Shown in pieces: positions 36,188-44,990 of a stretch of DNA of 64,000 bases. The stretch covers positions 12,074-76,073 of the forward strand of contig DASWCZ010000056.1 in NCBI GenBank assembly GCA_036395755.1, given 5' to 3'. The notes beneath the pieces are model-generated. The model was not told the DNA's origin. It saw nothing but the letters and a program-made list of their open reading frames with translations, and searched no databases. A program made the translations under genes and the position numbers. The number at the start of each line of letters is the position of its first letter. Within the stretch, counting starts at the first letter, position 1. Source of the DNA: Thermoanaerobaculia bacterium (GTDB taxonomy: Bacteria > Acidobacteriota > Thermoanaerobaculia > UBA5066 > Gp7-AA6).

Positions 36188-36646
36188 TCACCGCGCGTTT
36201 CGGCGAATGTAGATCGTCTTCTCCACTCTCGCGTGGACGGTGCCGGCGGAGTCGACGAGATCCACGTTGTAGACACGATCGATCGAATTCTCCGTCTCGA
36301 GTGCTCGTCGGATCATCTCAATCTCCTCTTCCTCGATCATGAACCGCGCAAAGAGCGTTCCGCGTCCCGGTTTCCGGAACCGGATCGTCGCGGCTTTGTC
36401 CCAGACGGTGTATCCGGGTCCGAGAATCTTGATCAGCATGATCATGTAGTGTGGATCGACCGCGCCGTAGAGGCTCCCTCCGTAGATCGTCCCGACGTAG
36501 TTGCGCGTGCGCCAGTTGAGAGGGAGTTTCACGTGGACTTCCCGGAAGTCGCTGGAGATGTAAGTGACGCGGGCACCCGTGCCGCGGAAGGCGGGGAAGA
36601 AGTTGAAGCCCCACCTCATTCTCCGGGACGTAGGTGATTCAGGCAA
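36188..36646 (-). CDS. DUF4442 hotdog-fold protein (thioesterase-like)
   Basis: LNWRTRNYVGTIYGGSLYGAVDPHYMIMLIKILGPGYTVWDKAATIRFRKPGRGTLFARF matches the DUF4442 family. The more likely start is the internal ATG at 36619 (MRWGFNFF). Confidence 0.75.
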   Translation of the reverse strand: MPESPTSRRMRWGFNFFPAFRGTGARVTYISSDFREVHVKLPLNWRTRNYVGTIYGGSLYGAVDPHYMIMLIKILGPGYTVWDKAATIRFRKPGRGTLFARFMIEEEEIEMIRRALETENSIDRVYNVDLVDSAGTVHARVEKTIYIRRNAR

Positions 36647-36775
36647 AACCGGAGGCCTTCGTTTGAATTCTCTCGGCCGCCGGCCGCGCAGCGACCGCCA
36701 GCGGCCGACAGTTGCCCCACCTCATTCGCCGCGAAGCGGCACTTTCCGGCACGATCGAATGCTAGATTAGTCTCG

Positions 36776-37819
36776 ATGTACGAACCGGGCTACGTCGGGC
36801 TGCTCGCCTCCGGCGAGCTCGAAGAGCGCGTCGAAAAGCTCTACGCGCTGCTCTCCTCGTGCACCGTCTGCCCGCGCAACTGCGGCAACGACCGGCTCGC
36901 AAACGTCCTCGCCTCCTGCGCGTCGGGGCTCGATCCGGTCGTCTCCTCCTACACCGCGCACTTCGGCGAGGAGCCGGTCCTCTCGGGTACGCGGGGCGCG
37001 GGCAACGTCTTTTTCGGCAACTGCAACCTGCGGTGCGTCTACTGCCAGAACTGGCAGATCAGCCAGGATTGGAAGACGCAGCGGGGCAACGAAGTGCCGG
37101 TCGAGCGGCTCGCGGGGATGCTTCTCGAGTTGCAAAGTCGCGGCTGCCACAACATCGGTTTCGTCTCCCCGACTCACTACGCGCCGCAGATGGCGCAGGC
37201 GGTGCTGCTCGCCGCGCGCAGCGGACTGCATTTGCCGGTCGTCTACAACACGAACGCATACGACTCGGTCGAGGTCCTGCGTCTCCTCGACGGGATCGTC
37301 GACGTCTACCTGCCCGACTTCAAGTACGCCGACTCCGGCGCCGGTTGGACGTACTCGAAGGTGCCCGACTATCCCGAGCGCGCCCGCGAAGCGCTCGTCG
37401 AGATGTACCGGCAGAAAGGATCAGCTCTCGTCTACGGCGAGGACGGCCTCTTGAAGAGCGGACTGCTCGTCCGGATGCTCGTCCTGCCCAACGGCGTCGG
37501 AGGGATCTCAGATTCCCTCGCGTGGATCGCGGAGACGCTTTCTCCCCGCGTCGCGATCTCGCTCATGGCGCAGTACTACCCGATCCACCGGGCGTCGAAC
37601 GACGCGCGCTACTCCGCCCTCTCCCGCGAGATCACGGCGGGGGAGTGGGAGGAAGCGCTCGCCGCGCTCGAGGCGAACGGATTCTCGAACGGCTTCCAGC
37701 AGGAGCTTGAGACCGCGAACCGCTACTACCGCCCGGACTTCACGGACCGCGAGACGCCGTTCAAGGACCTCCGCGACTTCACTTCAGGGCCGATTCCAGT
37801 TTCGACAACCGCGCCTTGA
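36776..37819 (+). CDS. radical SAM protein (PflX/pyruvate-formate-lyase-activase-related family)
   Basis: CNLRCVYCQN radical SAM cluster motif, an N-terminal CTVCPRNC cysteine motif, and VYLPDFKY. Confidence 0.85.
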   Translation: MYEPGYVGLLASGELEERVEKLYALLSSCTVCPRNCGNDRLANVLASCASGLDPVVSSYTAHFGEEPVLSGTRGAGNVFFGNCNLRCVYCQNWQISQDWKTQRGNEVPVERLAGMLLELQSRGCHNIGFVSPTHYAPQMAQAVLLAARSGLHLPVVYNTNAYDSVEVLRLLDGIVDVYLPDFKYADSGAGWTYSKVPDYPERAREALVEMYRQKGSALVYGEDGLLKSGLLVRMLVLPNGVGGISDSLAWIAETLSPRVAISLMAQYYPIHRASNDARYSALSREITAGEWEEALAALEANGFSNGFQQELETANRYYRPDFTDRETPFKDLRDFTSGPIPVSTTAP

Positions 37820-39632
37820 GCTTCTCAATCTCACCGTCTTTTTCCTTCACTATCTCGTAGAGTCCCTGGATGGCCGCGAGGGCGACGCCCGACGAGTCGA
37901 GCGTGCTGATGGAACGCTCGTCGCTGCCCAGTCCGAACGCTGCGGAAAAGTCTTGCGCCATCGGTCCGAGGTGCTCGATGTCGCATCCCTCCGCCTTGTA
38001 GCTCCAGCGGGTGATCGGCAGCGAGACGAGCCGGAAGAGAACGTCCCGTTTATCGACCTGCTGAAAGTTCTCCTTCGAGTCGCGATCGGAGTTGTCCGCC
38101 CAGACCCCGCCGATCGTCAGGTGAGCGCCGGTCGAGGTCCTCAAGAAATCGGTCGCGATGTCGAAGCTCGGTGAGCTCGTCGTTCCGAACCACATTCCGC
38201 CCGACGCGCGGACGATGAACTGGTCGGCGCCGGTCGAGGCGACGTTGGCCGCCGTGCTGTCCCCCCAGACGAAGACGCCCGCGTAGTTCGTTTTGGCTTG
38301 TCTTCCCGCGGCGAAGCTGTAGTTTCCATTGGCGAAATTGCTGTCGCCGCCGGGAACGGTTGCGCTGATGCCCGAAGCCTCGTTGTTGGTGCCACCACCG
38401 ATCGCTGATCCGGACCCCCCAGCCATGTTGTTGGATCCGCCCGCCACCGTGTTCACAGATCCCCCAGCGGCCGTATTGTTCAAGCCACCGCCCACGAAGC
38501 CCCTGAATGCAGCGTGGTTGAGTGTGCCTCCCGCCACGACGGCATCGGTATCGGTCGTGGTGTTGGCACTCCCGCCACCGATGAACGAGTCGGCGCCATT
38601 TGCAGTATTGCTGAATCCGCCCGCGACGGTTGCGTAGGGATGGTCACTCGTGGTGCCGCTGGCGTCGCCTGCTCTGTTGTTCACCCCTCCGAGCACGGAA
38701 CCGTAGTCATCAGTGACCCGGTTCGTGGCGGATAACGTCCCACCTCCCGCGATCGTCGCTCCCAAAGCTCCGCTGGTCACGCTGTTCCCGGACCATCCAC
38801 CGATGACGTTGGGGCTCGTGGCGTTCGGCTCGAGCCGCAGCACGCGGGCGTCGCTTACCTTGAGCTCCAGAGCCTGGTTGTCGGTGGTGCCGAGGAAGTT
38901 CGTGCCTGCTATCGTGCCGCTGTTGCCGGTCAGAGACCACGCGGCCCCCGCGCCGGGCGCGGCGATCGTGAGCGTCTGGCCGGAAGGCGTGATCGTGACG
39001 TTCGTTCCGGGTGCCAGAGTCACCGCGCCGGAGAGGTCGTTCAAGGTGTTCACGACGAGCTGCGGCGCGTAGTAGCCGTTGGTGTCGATGATCAGATCCG
39101 TTGCCGAGACACCCGCGACCACGGTGATCCCGCCGCTGGCTCCCAGCGGCACCACCGCAGCATTGGCGACGGTTTGCCCCGCCACGTAGTTCAGCGTCGA
39201 GACCGTCGGCTGAACGCCTCCCTCCGGATAGATCACGATGTGGCCGGGACCCTGCGTGTTCGTTACCGTAACGTTCAAAGAGACCGCTTGAGCGGCACCC
39301 GAGATGCCGCACTGCCCGGTCAACGTGAAGCTTCTCGGAACGCCTGCCACGAGGGCCGGAGGTCCGTAAGTGCCGGTAAAGCCATTGCCGCGCGTATCGA
39401 CGATGCGGCAAGGATTGATTCCGGTGAAGGGAAGGGGAGGCGTCGGCACCGCCTCGATCGACTCGACGCCGATCGGTGCGTTATCCGAGTTGCCCTTCTC
39501 CGGCTTCTGGAACCTCGCCGGAGGGTTCCAGTACGGCGGCGCCGGCCAGCTGGCGATCTCCTGAGCAAAGGCGATCAGCGGGAAAGACACGACTGCGAAC
39601 GCGACGGAGAGGCGACGCGCGGAAATCATCAT
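37779..39632 (-). CDS. secreted tail-fibre-like protein with C-terminal peptidase S74 intramolecular-chaperone domain
   Basis: Signal peptide MMISARRLSVAFAVVSFPLIAFAQE, with AGGAGG 3 nt before the first ATG and 6 nt before the second. N-terminal domain INPCRIVDTRGNGF...IIDTNGYYAP. The central region has degenerate GG.NN.A.G head-type repeats. The C-terminus DRDSKENFQQVDKRDVL...WSYK...HLGPMAQDF...ALAAIQGLYEIVKEKDGEIEKLKARL is typical of S74 chaperone domains. Confidence 0.8.
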   Translation of the reverse strand: MMISARRLSVAFAVVSFPLIAFAQEIASWPAPPYWNPPARFQKPEKGNSDNAPIGVESIEAVPTPPLPFTGINPCRIVDTRGNGFTGTYGPPALVAGVPRSFTLTGQCGISGAAQAVSLNVTVTNTQGPGHIVIYPEGGVQPTVSTLNYVAGQTVANAAVVPLGASGGITVVAGVSATDLIIDTNGYYAPQLVVNTLNDLSGAVTLAPGTNVTITPSGQTLTIAAPGAGAAWSLTGNSGTIAGTNFLGTTDNQALELKVSDARVLRLEPNATSPNVIGGWSGNSVTSGALGATIAGGGTLSATNRVTDDYGSVLGGVNNRAGDASGTTSDHPYATVAGGFSNTANGADSFIGGGSANTTTDTDAVVAGGTLNHAAFRGFVGGGLNNTAAGGSVNTVAGGSNNMAGGSGSAIGGGTNNEASGISATVPGGDSNFANGNYSFAAGRQAKTNYAGVFVWGDSTAANVASTGADQFIVRASGGMWFGTTSSPSFDIATDFLRTSTGAHLTIGGVWADNSDRDSKENFQQVDKRDVLFRLVSLPITRWSYKAEGCDIEHLGPMAQDFSAAFGLGSDERSISTLDSSGVALAAIQGLYEIVKEKDGEIEKLKARLSKLESALK

Positions 39633-39659
39633 CTTCCTCCTTGGTGGAAGTGAGGTTCG

Positions 39660-39727
39660 GAGGCCGCCTGTATTCTGACTCCCCCGAAGGCTGTGCTGTC
39701 TCTTGGACAAAAGTCGCAGGCGGCCTC
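39660..39727. repeat. 11-bp perfect inverted repeat (gaggccgcctg / caggcggcctc) with a 46-nt spacer
   Basis: The arms at 39660..39670 and 39717..39727 are exact reverse complements. They lie between the DUF72 stop (39734) and the fibre-protein start (39632). Confidence 0.6.
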
Positions 39728-39733
39728 AGCAAC

Positions 39734-40639
39734 TCAGAAGAGAGTCTTTTGAGGCGCCTCCTCACTGCGCGTCGCGCCCGAAATCGACGGGTACGCCTCT
39801 CTCAAGCTCTCCGGAACCGCGCGCCTCTCGCCGATCAACATCTGCTGGAGTTGCAGCGCGTTCGCCACGGCCTGGCCGCGGAAGTGGTTGTTCATGACCG
39901 CGAACGCGTTCGCGTCGGCCCTCCGCGCCCGGCCCTCGCGGATCCGCTCCGCCCAGGGCTCGAGCTCTCTCTCGGAATAGAGGTAGTTGTAGCGCTCCTC
40001 GTTCGATGTGTTCGGTCCGAACCACTTCGCCGCGTTTCGACCATGGAAGCGGTAGTACGCGACGGGAGCGGTCACGTAGGAAGTCCCGGGTAGGTTTCCT
40101 TTCAGGCGCGGCTGATCGATGTTGACGAATGCGATACTCCTGTCTTCGAGGAATCGCAGCGTCTCCGGGGTGTTCCACGAGAAGTGGCGGAACTCGGCGG
40201 CCATCGGGAACGTTCCGAACCGCTCGAAGATCTTCTCGAGCACTTCGCGGTTCTCCGCAGTCCAATGGAAAGACATCGGCACCTGCACGAGCACGCATCC
40301 GAGCCGCCCGGCTTCCGCGAGCGCCCCCATTGCGCCCGCGACCGCTCGTTCGTCCTGCCCGGTGGCGTTGCGTTCGTGCGTGAACGCCCGGTACAGCTTC
40401 GCGGTGAAGAGAAACCGGGGGTTGTGCGCCACGCGCCGCGTCCAGTCGCGCGCCATGGACGGCGGAGGGATCCGGTAGAAGGTCGAGTTGATCTCGCTCG
40501 TGTCGAAGAGCGAAGCCATGAACTCGAGGCGGTCGAAGCCCCTTCCCGCCGGCGGATAGACGATCCCCTCCCAGTCCTTGTACATCCAGCCGGCCGTGCC
40601 GATCCGCACGAGTCCGGGTCCGCCTGCCTCCGTGCTCAC
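39734..40639 (-). CDS. DUF72 domain-containing protein (YecE-like)
   Basis: IGTAGWMYKDWEGIVYP, EINSTFYR and YYRFHGRN. GTG at 40639 overlaps the upstream stop as GTGA. Confidence 0.85.
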   Translation of the reverse strand: MSTEAGGPGLVRIGTAGWMYKDWEGIVYPPAGRGFDRLEFMASLFDTSEINSTFYRIPPPSMARDWTRRVAHNPRFLFTAKLYRAFTHERNATGQDERAVAGAMGALAEAGRLGCVLVQVPMSFHWTAENREVLEKIFERFGTFPMAAEFRHFSWNTPETLRFLEDRSIAFVNIDQPRLKGNLPGTSYVTAPVAYYRFHGRNAAKWFGPNTSNEERYNYLYSERELEPWAERIREGRARRADANAFAVMNNHFRGQAVANALQLQQMLIGERRAVPESLREAYPSISGATRSEEAPQKTLF

Positions 40640-41361
40640 TCGGCGCCGCAGGCGTTGACGAGAGCGGAGCTCTCGTCCTCCGCCACGGTGAACCCTCCCT
40701 CGGCGATCGCGCGGTCATTCTGCTGGAGCCTCAAGCGGTACTCGCCCGGTTTCGAAAAGAAGTCTCCGGTTTTCACCGTGATCCGGAACCGTTTCGAATC
40801 GATCCTTCCCGCCGGGACGAGCACGCGGGTCGCGCCGCCCGGCGCAATCGCGACCACCGAGACTTCCGCGGGCGGGGCGGAGGCGACGTCCCCCGCGAGG
40901 GTTACGCGGTGCACGACGGCCGTGAGCTGCCACCGCGCCCGGACCGGCTCGTCTCCCGGCACGAACGCCGTCACCCGGTTGCGAGCCGGAGACGATTCGA
41001 TGTTCTTCGGGACGCCGAACGGGACCCGCATCCAGAAGCGCGTGCCCACCGGTTTGCCGTCGAGCGTCGCCGGATAGAAGCTCCCGGCGCGCAGGGCCGC
41101 GTCCGACGCGAGGGCGAAGAGCATGAAGGTGGTTCCGACGATCCGAACGTCCCGGACCCTTCCCGATCGATCGACGAGCACCTCGTGGGTCGATTCCCCG
41201 CTCATCTGCGCTCTTCGGGCGGGAGGCGGGTACTCGGGCGCGCGGAGCATCTTCGGGCGCGCTGCCACGAAACCGGCGCAGGAAGCCTCGCGCGGGGCCG
41301 TTCGCGTCGAGCAGCCGGCCGCCGCCGCGACGAGAAGGAGTGCGACAGCCCGGCGCGCTAT
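40636..41361 (-). CDS. TonB C-terminal-domain lipoprotein with extra C-terminal beta-rich domain; start codon uncertain
   Basis: Lipobox [17 protein letters not shown], then a TonB_C-like segment (PEYPPPARRAQMSGESTHEVLVDRSGRVRDVRIV). The codon just before ARRAV is ATA (41361), which overlaps the upstream TAG as ATAG. The nearest canonical in-frame start is a GTG 33 codons upstream. Confidence 0.6.
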   Translation of the reverse strand: MARRAVALLLVAAAAGCSTRTAPREASCAGFVAARPKMLRAPEYPPPARRAQMSGESTHEVLVDRSGRVRDVRIVGTTFMLFALASDAALRAGSFYPATLDGKPVGTRFWMRVPFGVPKNIESSPARNRVTAFVPGDEPVRARWQLTAVVHRVTLAGDVASAPPAEVSVVAIAPGGATRVLVPAGRIDSKRFRITVKTGDFFSKPGEYRLRLQQNDRAIAEGGFTVAEDESSALVNACGAE

Positions 41362-42107
41362 TGCTTCCGCAGCGCCGCCGCGAAGTCGAAGCGCGAGGGA
41401 TCGCGGGCGAGCCAGAACTGCCCTCCACCCGCTTCGTGGCCGTCCGCGAGAAATCGCAAGGTCCACACGCCCTCCTCCCAGTCCGCGCCCACGGGCGCCA
41501 CCACCGATACGCGGGCGTCCGTGGCGTTGGCCGGTACGGCCACCGGGCTCTCGAAAACGATGTACGGTCGTCCGGTGGGCGACGTCGCTTCGACTCGCAC
41601 CGTCATCTTCCTCGCCTTCGATTGCGGCTCGACGTCCAGCACTGCCTCCGCTCGCAGCTTCGGATCGATGCCGCGGCGAATCGGGAAACCCTCCGGCGCC
41701 GTCTTCGTTCCGGAGGCGTCGGCGGGAAAGACGGGCAGATCTCCCAGGATCGGCTGGGGAATCGCTCCGCGCTTGCTGTTCTTCACCCGGAAGCGCACTC
41801 CGACGTTGGCGGCGATCTCGACGGGCTTGCCGTCGCGCGTCGCCGGCTTGAACCGCCACGCCGAGACGGCAGCCATCGCGGGGTCGATGAAACCGGGAAA
41901 GCTCGCCGCGAGCGGCCGGAGGTTCTGGATCAACCCCTGCTTGTCGATGCGGCCGACCAGGAGAACGTTTCCCTGCTGCTGGCTCTTGAGCAACGTCTCC
42001 GGATACACCGCCTCCTGGTATTTCTGGATCTCCGCTCCTCTCATCTGCGCGAATCCGGAGACTCCGCCGAGAAAGAGAGCTCCGAGAACAAGAGCCGACC
42101 GCTTCAA
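41358..42107 (-). CDS. secreted TonB C-terminal-domain protein with extra C-terminal domain
   Basis: TTG at 42107 overlaps the lipA stop as TTGA and gives the signal peptide [21 protein letters not shown]. The TonB_C-like segment is [32 protein letters not shown]...[17 protein letters not shown]. Confidence 0.7.
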   Translation of the reverse strand: MKRSALVLGALFLGGVSGFAQMRGAEIQKYQEAVYPETLLKSQQQGNVLLVGRIDKQGLIQNLRPLAASFPGFIDPAMAAVSAWRFKPATRDGKPVEIAANVGVRFRVKNSKRGAIPQPILGDLPVFPADASGTKTAPEGFPIRRGIDPKLRAEAVLDVEPQSKARKMTVRVEATSPTGRPYIVFESPVAVPANATDARVSVVAPVGADWEEGVWTLRFLADGHEAGGGQFWLARDPSRFDFAAALRKQ

Positions 42108-43009
42108 GCCGGGACCGCCTCGAGCGCGCGGCGGGCATGGTACGAGGAGCGGACGAGCGGTCCGGCCTCGACCCGGAGGAAGCCCATCGCTTCTCCTTCG
42201 CGGCGAAGCGCCTCGAACTCGTCCGGCGTGTAGTACCGCTCGACGGGAAGCCGCCGCTCGTGCGGCTGAAGGTACTGGCCGATCGTCGCGATGTCGCACC
42301 CCGCGGACTTGAGGTCGGCGAGAGCCCGCACGAGCTCGTCTTTTGTCTCGCCGAGCCCGACCATCACTCCGGACTTCGTCCGCATTCCGCTCGCGCTCTC
42401 GCGACGAATCGCGTCGGCCCGCCGGAGCAGCTCGAGTGACCGCTCGTAGCGGGCCTGAGGTCGGACGCGCCGGTAGAGGCGCGCGACCGACTCGAGATTG
42501 TGATTGAGGATTTCCGGCGCCTCGTCGAGGACGATCCCGAGAGCGCTCCAGTTCCCGCAGAAGTCGGGGATCAACACCTCGATCGTGCATCCGGGGACCC
42601 GCCGGCGGATGGCGCGGATCGTCTCCGCGAAATGCGAGGCGCCGCCGTCGGAGAGATCGTCGCGGTTGACCGACGTCACCACTGCGTGGGAGAGGCCGAG
42701 CTCGCGAACCGCCTCGGCCACCCTTTCCGGCTCCTCGGCGTCGAGTGGGCCCGGCGCGCCTTTCCCAACGGCGCAGAAGCCGCAGGTCCGCGTGCAGACG
42801 TCTCCCATGAGCATGAACGTCGCCGTGCGCTCGCGTGCCCAGCACTCGTGGATGTTCGGACAGCGCGCCTCCTCGCAGACGGTCACGAGCGAAAGGCGCC
42901 GCATCATCGCGCGGACCTCCTCGTACTCGCCGGTCGTCGACAGCCGCACCTTCAACCAGGGCGGCCGCTCGAGACGCGAAGCGTGTGGAAGAACGGGCAG
43001 GCCGCTCAT
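42104..43009 (-). CDS. lipA: lipoyl synthase
   Basis: [13 protein letters not shown] and [10 protein letters not shown] cluster motifs. ATG at 43009 overlaps the lipB stop as ATGA. Confidence 0.95.
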   Translation of the reverse strand: MSGLPVLPHASRLERPPWLKVRLSTTGEYEEVRAMMRRLSLVTVCEEARCPNIHECWARERTATFMLMGDVCTRTCGFCAVGKGAPGPLDAEEPERVAEAVRELGLSHAVVTSVNRDDLSDGGASHFAETIRAIRRRVPGCTIEVLIPDFCGNWSALGIVLDEAPEILNHNLESVARLYRRVRPQARYERSLELLRRADAIRRESASGMRTKSGVMVGLGETKDELVRALADLKSAGCDIATIGQYLQPHERRLPVERYYTPDEFEALRREGEAMGFLRVEAGPLVRSSYHARRALEAVPA

Positions 43010-43722
43010 CCGCCGACGGCCCCGGTCTCCCGCCCGAACACCTCCGCGAACCGCGAAACGAGCCGTGAGGCGACCTCGCGGACCTCGGCGTGGAAGCCCG
43101 CCACCCGCTCGATCGAGGTCACCCCGCCGTCGCTGATTCCGCAGGGCACGATCCCGCGGAAATAGGGGAGAGGCTCGTCGGTCACGTTCAACGCGAACCC
43201 GTGTGTCGTGATCCAGCGGGAGATGTGAACCCCGATCGCCGCGATCTTGTCGTTGCCGACCCAGACGGAGGAGACGCGCTCGCGGGCGGTCGATCGGCCC
43301 GCCGAAACGCCGAGGTCGGCGAGGGTCCGGAGGAGGACTTCCTCCAGGTCGCGGACGTAACGGCGGACGTCCCGACGATCCGGATCGAGGTTCAGGATCG
43401 GATAGCCGACGAGCTGACCCGGACCGTGGTAAGTGACCTTGCCGCCCCGGTCCGCAAGGACGAGGTCGATCTCGAGCTCCCGCCGCCTCTCCGGCGTGAA
43501 GAGCACGTCCGCGGCCGAAGCGTTCCGGCCGAGCGTGAAGACCGGCTCGTGTTCGAGGAGGAAGAGGGTCTCCGGTCCGCCCCTCGCCACGCGGGCGGCC
43601 GCCTCTCTCTGGAGCACGAGCGCGCGTTCGTAGCCGATCCGTCCGAGCCAGATCGCCTCGACGCGCCGCGGCCCGGCAGGGACCCGCTCCGGCATCGGGA
43701 CGGCGACCTTCATCGTGTCCAT
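43006..43722 (-). CDS. lipB: octanoyltransferase (lipoyl(octanoyl) transferase)
   Basis: [37 protein letters not shown] and IVPCGI. The start is ATG 43722 (MDTMKV) or ATG 43713, which forms ATGA with the upstream stop. The longer 330-aa ORF overlaps the upstream gene. Confidence 0.9.
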   Translation of the reverse strand: MDTMKVAVPMPERVPAGPRRVEAIWLGRIGYERALVLQREAAARVARGGPETLFLLEHEPVFTLGRNASAADVLFTPERRRELEIDLVLADRGGKVTYHGPGQLVGYPILNLDPDRRDVRRYVRDLEEVLLRTLADLGVSAGRSTARERVSSVWVGNDKIAAIGVHISRWITTHGFALNVTDEPLPYFRGIVPCGISDGGVTSIERVAGFHAEVREVASRLVSRFAEVFGRETGAVGG

Positions 43723-44990
43723 CGGGAAAGAAGTGTATCGCCCGCGCCGAAAACTCCGTACAGGAGGAGAACCGGATCCCAGTACGGGACGCGGAAGCGC
43801 CAGACGACGAGGATGACGACGTGCACGGCCATCGAGACCGCGAGGACCGCGAGGACGAACGCGCGGACTCCCGGCCGCGGCGCCGAAACGAATCCGACGA
43901 CGGCGAGCACGTACAGCACGAGAAAGTACGTTCCGGTCGCGGCGACGACGACCGGCGGCCAGAACCAGGGCGTCGGGTAGGGCCGCAGCCATTCCCACGC
44001 CTTCCGCAGCAGGAGCCGCGCCCAGCCGGCGGGGTCCGCTCGGCGCTCCGCGACGGCGCGCCCTATGAAAGCGCGGGCCCGTTCGAAAGGCGAATTGAGT
44101 CCGCGCGCGCGAAGCTCCTCGGTCTGTCGCTGCATGTCGCGGTGGAGTGCTTCGACCCAGCGAAGATATTCCGCGCGGCTCTCGACGTCGAAGAACCGAA
44201 CGGCCCAGTCGGAGTTCCCCTGGTAGAACGTGCTTCCGGCGGCGTCGTTGATCGGGACGATCTCTCCGAAGACGGCGGCGTTCCGCGCGATCCAGGGGGC
44301 GAGGGCGAGGGCGAACCCGAGGAGTCCCGCCGCCGCGAGATGAGCCCGCGCGCGAAACGGATACCGCCGGTCGAAGAGAGGCGCCGTGAGAAATGGGAAG
44401 AGCGCGAGCGCGGAGGCGCGGGTCAGCGCGGCGAGCGCGAGGACGGCGCCGGCGCCGAGTGCGAGCGTCGTCGACGGGCGGTCGGTTGCTGCCAGAAGGA
44501 GGAACGCGGCGGCGAGCAAAAGTGTCGTGAACAGCGGTTCGCTCTGGATGTCGGCGGAGTACCAGAGGAAGACCGGATGGAGCGCTCCCGCGACGCCCGT
44601 CGCGAGCGCGATTCCGCGCCGGCGGAAGATCCGCGCGGACAGAAGGGCGAGGAGGGGCGCGACGAACGATCCCACCGCGGCCGTGACGATCTTCGCGAGA
44701 GCGACGGCGTCCGGCCGGCCGAGGGTCGTGACGGCGAGAAAGAACGGGTAGCCCGGCGCGCGAAAGTAGAAAGGCTCCGAGGAAGTCGGATAGCGGCCGA
44801 GCCGCGCGATTTCGGTCGCCGCGGAGAGATAAGCGGTGGCGTCTCCGAAACGGACGGTCGAGAAGCCCACCGCGGCGACCGCCGCGAGGCGCGCGGCAAG
44901 CGCCAGAGCGAAGAGACCAAGAAGCGCCTTCCCGCCGAGCCGCGGCGGCGCCGAGGGGCCCGTCGAGAGCGGAGAGGCCCTATCCCAGAT
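43710..44990 (-). CDS. GT-C fold membrane glycosyltransferase (GT39/PMT_2-like); start codon uncertain
   Basis: Polytopic protein. The first canonical start is GTG 44870 ([14 protein letters not shown]). However, the frame is open upstream to 45017 and encodes a typical first TM helix, [21 protein letters not shown], directly before the FGD loop. The only candidate starts upstream are ATC 44990 and CTG 44906. Confidence 0.65.
   Translation of the reverse strand: MWDRASPLSTGPSAPPRLGGKALLGLFALALAARLAAVAAVGFSTVRFGDATAYLSAATEIARLGRYPTSSEPFYFRAPGYPFFLAVTTLGRPDAVALAKIVTAAVGSFVAPLLALLSARIFRRRGIALATGVAGALHPVFLWYSADIQSEPLFTTLLLAAAFLLLAATDRPSTTLALGAGAVLALAALTRASALALFPFLTAPLFDRRYPFRARAHLAAAGLLGFALALAPWIARNAAVFGEIVPINDAAGSTFYQGNSDWAVRFFDVESRAEYLRWVEALHRDMQRQTEELRARGLNSPFERARAFIGRAVAERRADPAGWARLLLRKAWEWLRPYPTPWFWPPVVVAATGTYFLVLYVLAVVGFVSAPRPGVRAFVLAVLAVSMAVHVVILVVWRFRVPYWDPVLLLYGVFGAGDTLLSRWTR

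Noticed and set aside
43723-43998. Longer lipB ORF starting at 43998 (330 aa).
   Set aside because: The extra 92 codons are Arg/Ala-rich and lie entirely inside the upstream GT-C gene. The conserved LipB sequence starts after the ATGs at 43722 and 43713.
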